Assembly (NCBI GenBank): GCA_964057225.1
Contig: OZ059894.1
Location: forward strand, 18,414,001 to 18,478,000
Direction of reading: 5' to 3'
From: Auanema rhodensis
Taxonomy: Eukaryota; Animalia; Nematoda
Length of the DNA stretch: 64,000 nt
The notes beneath the pieces were generated by a model. The model ran no database searches. It saw only the letters and a list, made by a program, of their open reading frames with translations, and had not been told where the DNA came from. The translations under genes and the position numbers were made by a program. Positions 1 through 10,600 of this stretch are shown here, piece by piece. Every line of letters begins with the position of its first letter. The first letter of the stretch is position 1.

Positions 1-134
1 ATTTTTAAGCTAGCGCAAATCTGATAACACAGATCGACGCAGCTTAAAAATCCGCATCGAATGCACTATACTACATTGAGAAACGCTTAATACAAAAATT
101 AGTTATGATCGTTTGAAAAATGATGCATTAGTGT

Positions 135-162
135 ATGTTGAGTTTCCATGTACACTCAACAT
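135..162. other. Perfect 9-bp inverted repeat with 10-nt loop (representative copy)
   Basis: ATGTTGAGT-ttccatgtac-ACTCAACAT. Confidence 0.92.
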
Positions 163-175
163 TGCTTCCAAAAAC

Positions 176-210
176 ATTTTGACAAAAATTTTTTCGAAAA
201 ATTTCAAAAT
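176..210. other. Imperfect A/T-tract palindrome centred on TTTTTCGAAAAA (representative copy)
   Basis: ATTTTGA (176-182) pairs with TCAAAAT (204-210). A perfect 12-bp palindrome lies at 190-201. Confidence 0.88.
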
Positions 211-312
211 AATTTAGCAAAAAGTAGATGTTTTTAGATTCCTTTTTTTAAGGCAAAGACGATGGACAATGTTATTCAACAAAAAAATTAATTCTTCAGG
301 GTGAAAATCGAG

Positions 313-334
313 GATATAAGTGTGAACTTATATC
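313..334. other. Perfect 9-bp inverted repeat with 4-nt loop (representative copy)
   Basis: GATATAAGT-gtga-ACTTATATC. Confidence 0.92.
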
Positions 335-351
335 AGTTGATATCTCGGTGC

Positions 352-770
352 ATTTTTAAGCTAGCGCAAATCTGATAACACAGATCAACGCAGCTTAAAA
401 ATCCGCATCGAATGCACTATACTACATTGAGAAACGCTTAATACAAAAATTAGTTATGATCGTTTGAAACATGATGCATTGCTTCAACATTGCTTCCAAA
501 AACATTTTGACAAAAATTTTTTCGAAAAATTTCAAAATAATTTAGCAAAAAGTAGATGTTTTTGATGCATTGCTTCAACATTGCTTCCAAAAACATTTTG
601 ACAAAAATTTTTTCGAAAAATTTCAAAATAATTTAGCAAAAAGTAGATGTTTTTAGATTCCTTTTTTCAAGGCAAAGACGATGGACAATGTTATTCAACG
701 AAAAAATTAATTCTTCAGGGTGAAAATCGAGGATATAAGTGTGAACTTATATCAGTTGATATCTCGGTGC
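352..770. repeat. 419-bp variant monomer (net 23-bp deletion plus 91-bp internal tandem duplication)
   Basis: AGTGTATGTTGAGTTTCCATGTACAC (26 nt) is replaced by GCT. TGATGCATTGCTTC occurs at 472 and 563 (91-bp period). 351-23+91=419. Confidence 0.97.
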
Positions 771-830
771 ATTTTTAAGCTAGCGCAAATCTGATAACAC
801 AGATCGACGCAGCTTAAAAATCCGCATCGA
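764..830. other. 67-nt imperfect inverted repeat spanning the monomer junction (representative copy)
   Basis: TCGGTGC-ATTTTTAAGCT-a-GCG-caa-ATCTG-ataaca-CAGAT-cga-CGC-AGCTTAAAAAT-cc-GCATCGA. Stems are 7 bp (one G:T), 11, 3 and 5 bp. Confidence 0.9.
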
Positions 831-1121
831 ATGCACTATACTACATTGAGAAACGCTTAATACAAAAATTAGTTATGATCGTTTGAAAAATGATGCATTA
901 GTGTATGTTGAGTTTCCATGTACACTCAACATTGCTTCCAAAAACATTTTGACAAAAATTTTTTCGAAAAATTTCAAAATAATTTAGCAAAAAGTAGATG
1001 TTTTTAGATTCCTTTTTTCAAGGCAAAGACGATGGACAATGTTATTCAACGAAAAAATTAATTCTTCAGGGTGAAAATCGAGGATATAAGTGTGAACTTA
1101 TATCAGTTGATATCTCGGTGC
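771..1121. repeat. Representative consensus-type 351-bp monomer
   Basis: Carries the common base at the variable sites I tracked. Hand count gives 110 G+C out of 351 and 12 CpG, with many A4-6/T4-6 tracts. Confidence 0.95.
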
Positions 1122-4100
1122 ATTTTTAAGCTAGCGCAAATCTGTTAACACAGATCAACGCAGCTTAAAAATCCGCATCGAATGCACTATACTACATTGA
1201 AAAACGCTTAATACAAAAATTAGTTATGATCGTTTGAAAAATGATGCATTAGTGTATGTTGAGTTTCCATGTACACTCAACATTGCTTCCAAAAACATTT
1301 TGACAAAACTTTTTTCGAAAAATTTCAAAATAATTTAGCAAAAAGTAGATGTTTTTAGATTCCTTTTTTCAAGGCAAAGACGATGGACAATGTTATTCAA
1401 CGAAAAAATTAATTCTTCAGGGTGAAAATCGAGGATATAAGTGTGAACTTATATCAGTTGATATCTCGGTGCATTTTCAAGCTAGCGCAAATCTGATAAC
1501 ACAGATCGACGCAGCTTAAAAATCCGCATCGAATGCACTATACTACATTGAGAAACGCTTAAAACAAAAATTAGTTATGATCGTTTGAAAAATGATGCAT
1601 TAGTGTATGTTGAGTTTCCATGTACACTCAACATTGCTTTCAAAAACATTTTGACAAAAATTTTTTCAAAAAATTTCAAGATAATTTAGCAAAAAGTAGA
1701 TGTTTTTAGATTTCTTTTTTCAAGGCAAAGACGATGGACAATGTTATTCAAGGAAAAAATTAATTCTTCAGGGTGAAAATCGAGGATATAAGTGTAAACT
1801 TATATCAGTTGATATCTCGGTGCATTTTTAAGCTAGCGCAAATCTGATAACACAGATCGACGCAGCTTAAAAATCCGCATCGCATGCACTATACTACATT
1901 GAGAAACGCTTAATACAAAAATTAGTTATGATCGTTTGAAAAATGATGCATTAGTGTATGTTGTGTTTCCATGTACACTCAACATTGCTTCCAAAAACAT
2001 TTTGACAAAAATTTTTTCAAAAAATTTGAAGATAATTTAGCAAAAAGTAGATGTTTTTAGATTCCTTTTTTCAAGGCAAAGACGATGGACAATGTTATTC
2101 AACGAAAAAATTAATTCTTCAGGGTGAAAATCGAGGATATAAGTGTAAACTTATATCAGTTGATATCTCGGTGCATTTTTAAGCTAGCGCAAATCTGATA
2201 ACACAGATCGACGCAGCTTAAAAATCCGCATCGCATGCACTATACTACATTGAGAAACGCTTAATACAAAAATTAGTTATGATCGTTTGAAAAATGATGC
2301 ATTAGTGTATGTTGTGTTTCCATGTACACTCAACATTGCTTCCAAAAACATTTTGACAAAAATTTTTTCGAAAAATTTCAAAATAATTTAGCAAAAAGTA
2401 GATGTTTTTAGATTCCTTTTTTTAAGGCAAAGACGATGGACAATGTTATTCAACGAAAAAATTAATTCTTCAGGGTGAAAATCGAGGATATAAGTGTGAA
2501 CTTATATCAGTTGATATCTCGGTGCATTTTTAAGCTAGCGCAAATCTGATAACACAGATCGACGCAGCTTAAAAAGCCGCATCGAATGCACTATACTATA
2601 TTGAGAAACGCTTAATACAAAAATTAGTTATGATCGTTTGAAAAATGATGCATTAGTGTATGTTGTGTTTCCATGTACACTCAACATTGCTTCCAAAAAC
2701 ATTTTGACAAAAATTTTTTCAAAAAATTTCAAGATAATTTAGCAAAAAGTAGATGTTTTTAGATTCCTTTTTTCAAGGCAAAGACGATGGACAATGTTAT
2801 TCAACGAAAAAATTAATTCTTCAGGGTGAAAATCGAGGATATAAGTGTAAACTTATATCAGTTGATATCTCGGTGCATTTTTAAGCTAGCGCAAATCTGA
2901 TAACACAGATCGACGCAGCTTAAAAATCCGCATCGCATGCACTATACTACATTGAGAAACGCTTAATACAAAAATTAGTTATGATCGTTTGAAAAATGAT
3001 GCATTAGTGTATGTTGAGTTTCCATGTACACTCAACATTGCTTCCAAAAACATTTTGACAAAAATTTTTTCAAAAAATTTCAAGATAATTTAGCAAAAAG
3101 TAGATGTTTTTAGATTTCTTTTTTCAAGGCAAAGACGATGGACAATGTTATTCAAGGAAAAAATTAATTCTTCAGGGTGAAAATCGAGGATATAAGTGTA
3201 AACTTATATCAGTTGATATCTCGGTGCATTTTTAAGCTAGCGCAAATCTGATAACACAGATCGACGCAGCTTAAAAATCCGCATCGCATGCACTATACTA
3301 CATTGAGAAACGCTTAATACAAAAATTAGTTATGATCGTTTGAAAAATGATGCATTAGTGTATGTTGTGTTTCCATGTACACTCAACATTGCTTCCAAAA
3401 ACATTTTGACAAAAATTTTTTCAAAAAATTTCAAGATAATTTAGCAAAAAGTAGATGTTTTTAGATTCCTTTTTTCAAGGCAAAGACGATGGACAATGTT
3501 ATTCAACGAAAAAATTAATTCTTCAGGGTGAAAATCGAGGATATAAGTGTAAACTTATATCAGTTGATATCTCGGTGCATTTTTAAGCTAGCGCAAATCT
3601 GATAACACAGATCGACGCAGCTTAAAAATCCGCATCGCATGCACTATACTACATTGAGAAACGCTTAATACAAAAATTAGTTATGATCGTTTGAAAAATG
3701 ATGCATTAGTGTATGTTGTGTTTCCATGTACACTCAACATTGCTTCCAAAAACATTTTGACAAAAATTTTTTCGAAAAATTTCAAAATAATTTAGCAAAA
3801 AGTAGATGTTTTTAGATTCCTTTTTTTAAGGCAAAGACGATGGACAATGTTATTCAACGAAAAAATTAATTCTTCAGGGTGAAAATCGAGGATATAAGTG
3901 TGAACTTATATCAGTTGATATCTCGGTGCATTTTTAAGCTAGCGCAAATCTGATAACACAGATCGACGCAGCTTAAAAAGCCGCATCGAATGCACTATAC
4001 TATATTGAGAAACGCTTAATACAAAAATTAGTTATGATCGTTTGAAAAATGATGCATTAGTGTATGTTGTGTTTCCATGTACACTCAACATTGCTTCCAA

Positions 4101-4982
4101 AAACATTTTGACAAAAATTTTTTCAAAAAATTTCAAGATAATTTAGCAAAAAGTAGATGTTTTTAGATTCCTTTTTTCAAGGCAAAGACGATGGACAATG
4201 TTATTCAACGAAAAAATTAATTCTTCAGGGTGAAAATCGAGGATATAAGTGTAAACTTATATCAGTTGATATCTCGGTGCATTTTTAAGCTAGCGCAAAT
4301 CTGATAACACAGATCGACGCAGCTTAAAAATCCGCATCGCATGCACTATACTACATTGAGAAACGCTTAATACAAAAATTAGTTATGATCGTTTGAAAAA
4401 TGATGCATTAGTGTATGTTGTGTTTCCATGTACACTCAACATTGCTTCCAAAAACATTTTGACAAAAATTTTTTCGAAAAATTTCAAAATAATTTAGCAA
4501 AAAGTAGATGTTTTTAGATTCCTTTTTTTAAGGCAAAGACGATGGACAATGTTATTCAACGAAAAAATTAATTCTTCAGGGTGAAAATCGAGGATATAAG
4601 TGTGAACTTATATCAGTTGATATCTCGGTGCATTTTTAAGCTAGCGCAAATCTGATAACACAGATCGACGCAGCTTAAAAATCCGCATCGAATGCACTAT
4701 ACTATATTGAGAAACGCTTAATACAAAAATTAGTTATGATCGTTTGAAAAATGATGCATTAGTGTATGTTGAGTTTCCATGTACACTCAACATTGCTTCC
4801 AAAAACATTTTGACAAAAATTTTTTCGAAAAATTTCAAAATAATTTAGCAAAAAGTAGATGTTTTTAGATTCCTTTTTTCAAGGCAAAGACGATGGACAA
4901 TGTTATTCAACGAAAAAATTAATTCTTCAGGGTGAAAATCGAGGATATAAGTGTGAACTTATATCAGTTGATATCTCGGTGC

Positions 4983-5424
4983 ATTTTTAAGCTAGCGCAA
5001 ATCTGATAACACAGATCGACGCAGCTTAAAAATCCGCATCGAATGCACTATACTACATTGAGAAACGCTTAATACAAAAATTAGTTATGATCGTTTGAAA
5101 AATGATGCATTAGTGTATGTTGTGTTTCCATGTACACTCAACATTGCTTCCAAAAACATTTTGACAAAAATTTTTTCGAAAAATTTCAAAATAATTTAGC
5201 AAAAAGTAGATGTTTTTGATGCATTGCTTCAACATTGCTTCCAAAAACATTTTGACAAAAATTTTTTCGAAAAATTTCAGAATAATTTAGCAAAAAGTAG
5301 ATGTTTTTAGATTCCTTTTTTCAAGGCAAAGACGATGGACAATGTTATTCAACGAAAAAATTAATTCTTCAGGGTGAAAATCGAGGATATAAGTGTGAAC
5401 TTATATCAGTTGATATCTCGGTGC
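4983..5424. repeat. 442-bp chimeric monomer (intact 5' part plus the 91-bp variant segment)
   Basis: The 5' part is undeleted, then TGTTTTTGATGCATTGCTTC occurs at 5211-5230. The next monomer starts at 5425 (351+91). Confidence 0.96.
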
Positions 5425-6126
5425 ATTTTTAAGCTAGCGCGAATCTGATAACACAGATCGACGCAGCTTAAAAATCCGCATCGAATGCACTATACTACAT
5501 TGAGAAACGCTTAATACAAAAATTAGTTATGATCGTTTGAAAAATGATGCATTAGTGTATGTTGTGTTTCCATGTACACTCAACATTGCTTCCAAAAACA
5601 TTTTGACAAAAATTTTTTCGAAAAATTTCAAAATAATTTAGCAAAAAGTAGATGTTTTTAGATTCCTTTTTTTAAGGCAAAGACGATGGACAATGTTATT
5701 CAACAAAAAAATTAATTCTTCAGGGTGAAAATCGAGGATATAAGTGTGAACTTATATCAGTTGATATCTCGGTGCATTTTTAAGCTAGCGCAAATCTGAT
5801 AACACAGATCAACGCAGCTTAAAAATCCGCATCGAATGCACTATACTACATTGAGAAACGCTCAAAACAAAAATTAGTTATGATCGTTTGAAAAATGATG
5901 CATTAGTGTATGTTGAGTTTCCATGTACACTCAACATTGCTTCCAAAAACATTTTGACAAAAATTTTTTCGAAAAATTTCAAAATAATTTAGCAAAAAGT
6001 AGATGTTTTTAGTTTCCTTTTTTCAAGGCAAAGACGATGGACAATGTTATTCAACGAAAAAATTAATTCTTCAGGGTGAAAATCGAGGATATAAGTGTGA
6101 ACTTATATCAGTTGATATCTCGGTGC

Positions 6127-6545
6127 ATTTTTAAGCTAGCGCAAATCTGATAACACAGATCGACGCAGCTTAAAAATCCGCATCGAATGCACTATACTAC
6201 ATTGAGAAACGCTTAATACAAAAATTAGTTATGATCGTTTGAAACATGATGCATTGCTTCAACATTGCTTCCAAAAACATTTTGACAAAAATTTTTTCGA
6301 AAAATTTCAAAATAATTTAGCAAAAAGTAGATGTTTTTGATGCATTGCTTCAACATTGCTTCCAAAAACATTTTGACAAAAATTTTTTCGAAAAATTTCA
6401 AAATAATTTAGCAAAAAGTAGATGTTTTTAGATTCCTTTTTTCAAGGCAAAGACGATGGACAATGTTATTCAACGAAAAAATTAATTCTTCAGGGTGAAA
6501 ATCGAGGATATAAGTGTGAACTTATATCAGTTGATATCTCGGTGC
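6127..6545. repeat. 419-bp variant monomer
   Basis: GAAACATGATGCATTGCTTC at 6241 and a second TGATGCATTGCTTC 91 bp later. The next monomer starts at 6546. Confidence 0.97.
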
Positions 6546-7247
6546 ATTTTTAAGCTAGCGCAAATCTGATAACACAGATCGACGCAGCTTAAAAATCCGC
6601 ATCGAATGCACTATACTACATTGAGAAACGCTTAATACAAAAATTAGTTATGATCGTTTGAAAAATGATGCATTAGTGTATGTTGAGTTTCCATGTACAC
6701 TCAACATTGCTTCCAAAAACATTTTGACAAAAATTTTTTCGAAAAATTTCAAAATAATTAAGCAAAAAGTAGATGTTTTTAGATTCCTTTTTTCAAGGCA
6801 AAGACGATGGACAATGTTATTCAACGAAAAAATTAATTCTTCAGGGTGAAAATCGAGGATATAAGTGTGAACTTATATCAGTTGATATCTCGGTGCATTT
6901 TTAAGCTAGCGCAAATCTGATAACACAGATCGACGCAGCTTAAAAATCCGCATCGAATGCACTATACTACATTGAGAAACGCTTAATACAAAAATTAGTT
7001 ATGATCGTTTGAAAAATGATGCATTAGTGTATGTTGAGTTTCCATGTACACTCAACATTGCTTCCAAAAACATTTTGACAAAAATTTTTTCGAAAAATTT
7101 CAAAATAATTTAGCAAAAAGTAGATGTTTTTAGATTCCTTTTTTTAAGGCAAAGACGATGGACAATGTTATTCAACAAAAAAATTAATTCTTCAGGGTGA
7201 AAATCGAGGATATAAGTGTGAACTTATATCAGTTGATATCTCGGTGC

Positions 7248-7666
7248 ATTTTTAAGCTAGCGCAAATCTGATAACACAGATCAACGCAGCTTAAAAATCC
7301 GCATCGAATGCACTATACTACATTGAGAAACGCTTAATACAAAAGTTAGTTATGATCGTTTGAAACATGATGCATTGCTTCAACATTGCTTCCAAAAACA
7401 TTTTGACAAAAATTTTTTCGAAAAATTTCAAAATAATTTAGCAAAAAGTAGATGTTTTTGATGCATTGCTTCAACATTGCTTCCAAAAACATTTTGACAA
7501 AAATTTTTTCGAAAAATTTCAAAATAATTTAGCAAAAAGTAGATGTTTTTAGATTCCTTTTTTCAAGGCAAAGACGATGGACAATGTTATTCAACGAAAA
7601 AATTAATTCTTCAGGGTGAAAATCGAGGATATAAGTGTGAACTTATATCAGTTGATATCTCGGTGC
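7248..7666. repeat. 419-bp variant monomer
   Basis: Same deletion and duplication junctions as 352-770. The next monomer starts at 7667. Confidence 0.97.
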
Positions 7667-10600
7667 ATTTTTAAGCTAGCGCAAATCTGTTAACACAGAT
7701 CAACGCAGCTTAAAAATCCGCATCGAATGCACTATACTACATTGAGAAACGCTTAATACAAAAATTAGTTATGATCGTTTGAAAAATGATGCATTAGTGT
7801 ATGTTGAGTTTCCATGTACACTCAACATTGCTTCCAAAAACATTTTGACAAAAATTTTTTCGAAAAATTTCAAAATAATTTAGCAAAAAGTAGATGTTTT
7901 TAGATTCCTTTTTTCAAGGCAAAGACGATGGACAATGTTATTCAACGAAAAAATTAATTCTTCAGGGTGAAAATCGAGGATATAAGTGTGAACTTATATC
8001 AGTTGATATCTCGGTGCATTTTTAAGCTAGCGCAAATCTGTTAACACAGATCAACGCAGCTTAAAAATCCGCATCGAATGCACTATACTACATTGAAAAA
8101 CGCTTAATACAAAAATTAGTTATGATCGTTTGAAAAATGATGCATTAGTGTATGTTGAGTTTCCATGTACACTCAACATTGCTTCCAAAAACATTTTGAC
8201 AAAACTTTTTTCGAAAAATTTCAAAATAATTTAGCAAAAAGTAGATGTTTTTAGATTCCTTTTTTCAAGGCAAAGACGATGGACAATGTTATTCAACGAA
8301 AAAATTAATTCTTCAGGGTGAAAATCGAGGATATAAGTGTGAACTTATATCAGTTGATATCTCGGTGCATTTTCAAGCTAGCGCAAATCTGATAACACAG
8401 ATCGACGCAGCTTAAAAATCCGCATCGAATGCACTATACTACATTAAGAAACGCTTAAAACAAAAATTAGTTATGATCGTTTGAAAAATGATGCATTAGT
8501 GTATGTTGAGTTTCCATGTACACTCAACATTGCTTCCAAAAACATTTTGACAAAAATTTTTTCAAAAAATTTCAAGATAATTTAGCAAAAAGTAGATGTT
8601 TTTAGATTTCTTTTTTCAAGGCAAAGACGATGGACAATGTTATTCAAGGAAAAAATTAATTCTTCAGGGTGAAAATCGAGGATATAAGTGTAAACTTATA
8701 TCAGTTGATATCTCGGTGCATTTTTAAGCTAGCGCAAATCTGATAACACAGATCGACGCAGCTTAAAAATCCGCATCGAATGCACTATACTACATTGAGA
8801 AACGCTTAATACAAAAATTAGTTATGATCGTTTGAAAAATGATGCATTAGTGTATGTTGTGTTTCCATGTACACTCAACATTGCTTCCAAAAACATTTTG
8901 ACAAAAATTTTTTCGAAAAATTTCAAAATAATTTAGCAAAAAGTAGATGTTTTTAGATTCCTTTTTTTAAGGCAAAGACGATGAACAATGTTATTCAACG
9001 AAAAAATTAATTCTTCAGGGTGAAAATCGAGGATATAAGTGTGAACTTATATCAGTTGATATCTCGGTGCATTTTTAAGCTAGCGCAAATCTGATAACAC
9101 AGATCGACGCAGCTTAAAAATCCGCATCGAATGCACTATACTACATTGAGAAACGCTTAATACAAAAATTAGTTATGATCGTTTGAAAAATGATGCATTA
9201 GTGTATGTTGTGTTTCCATGTACACTCAACATTGCTTCCAAAAACATTTTGACAAAAATTTTTTCGAAAAATTTCGAAATAATTTAGCAAAAAGTAGATG
9301 TTTTTAGATTCCTTTTTTTAAGGCAAAGACGATGGACAATGTTATTCAACGAAAAAATTAATTCTTCAGGGTGAAAATCGAAGATATAAGTGTGAACTTA
9401 TATCAGTTGATATCTCGGTGCATTTTCAAGCTAGCGCAAATCTGATAACACAGATCGACGCAGCTTAAAAATTCGCATCGAATGCACTATACTACATTGA
9501 GAAACGCTTAATACAAAAATTAGTTATGATCGTTTGAAAAATGATGCATTAGTGTATGTTGAGTTTCCATGTACACTCAACATTGCTTCCAAAAACATTT
9601 TGACAAAAATTTTTTCGAAAAATTTCAAAATAATTTAGCAAAAAGTAGATGTTTTTAGATTCCTTTTTTCAAGGCAAAGACGATGGACAATGTTATTCAA
9701 CGAAAAAATTAATTCTTCAGGGTGAAAATCGAGGATATAAGTGTGAACTTATATCAGTTGATATCTCGGTGCATTTTTAAGCTAGCGCAAATCTGATAAC
9801 ACAGATCGACGCAGCTTAAAAATCCGCATCGAATGCACTATACTATATTGAGAAACGCTTAATACAAAAATTAGTTATGATCGTTTGAAAAATGATGCAT
9901 TAGTGTATGTTGAGTTTCCATGTACACTCAACATTGCTTCCAAAAACATTTTGACAAAATTTTTTTCGAAAAATTTCAAAATAATTTAGCAAAAAGTAGA
10001 TCTTTTTAGATTTCTTTTTTCAAGGCAAAGACGATGGACAATGTTATTCAACGAAAAAATTAATTCTTCAGGGTGAAAATCGAGGATATAAGTGTGAACT
10101 TATATCAGTTGATATCTCGGTGCATTTTTAAGCTAGCGCAAATCTGATAACACAGATCGACGCAGCTTAAAAATTCGCATCGAATGCACTATACTACATT
10201 GAGAAACGCTTAATACAAAAATTAGTTATGATCGTTTGAAAAATGATGCATTAGTGTATGTTGAGTTTCCATGTACACTCAACATTGCTTCCAAAAACAT
10301 TTTGACAAAAATTTTTTCGAAAAATTTCAAAATAATTTAGCAAAAAGTAGATGTTTTTAGATTCCTTTTTTCAAGGCAAAGACGATGGACAATGTTATTC
10401 AACGAAAAAATTAATTCTTCAGGGTGAAAATCGAGGATATAAGTGTGAACTTATATCAGTTGATATCTCGGTGCATTTTTAAGCTAGCGCAAATCTGATA
10501 ACACAGATCGACGCAGCTCAAAAATCCGCATCGAATGCACTATACTACATTGAGAAACGCTTAATACAAAAATTAGTTATGATCGTTTGAAAAATGATGC

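Noticed and set aside
192-208. CENP-B box (TTCGAAAAA resembles its 5' half)
   Set aside because: The required CGGG of TTCGNNNNANNCGGG is missing.
255-310. Hammerhead-ribozyme satellite (as in newt satellite 2 or schistosome Sm-alpha): minus-strand CTGAAGA at 293-299 fits CUGANGA, and plus-strand CTGATAA at 21-27 is one mismatch away
   Set aside because: No stem II closed by GAAA follows either motif (minus strand has GAAT, plus strand has CGAC), and I could not build stems I and III. An Infernal search with the Rfam hammerhead models on a dimer would settle it.
771-1121. Tandem 5S rRNA, tRNA, spliced-leader or snRNA gene cluster (similar unit size)
   Set aside because: No recognisable 5S, tRNA cloverleaf or T-loop, spliced-leader or snRNA sequence on either strand.
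771-1121. Assignment to Drosophila 1.688/359-bp or Tribolium TCAST satellites
   Set aside because: Only length and AT content are similar; I cannot recognise sequence homology without a search.
771-1121. Internal ~175-bp dimeric substructure
   Set aside because: Only short direct matches are visible (AAAAATTAGTT/AAAAATTAATT, ACATTG twice) at inconsistent offsets. A self dot-plot is needed.
6658-6849. 63-aa ORF from the ORF track
   Set aside because: It exists only because one monomer has TAG>AAG (~6760). It starts at TTG, is closed in other copies and has no recognisable protein features.
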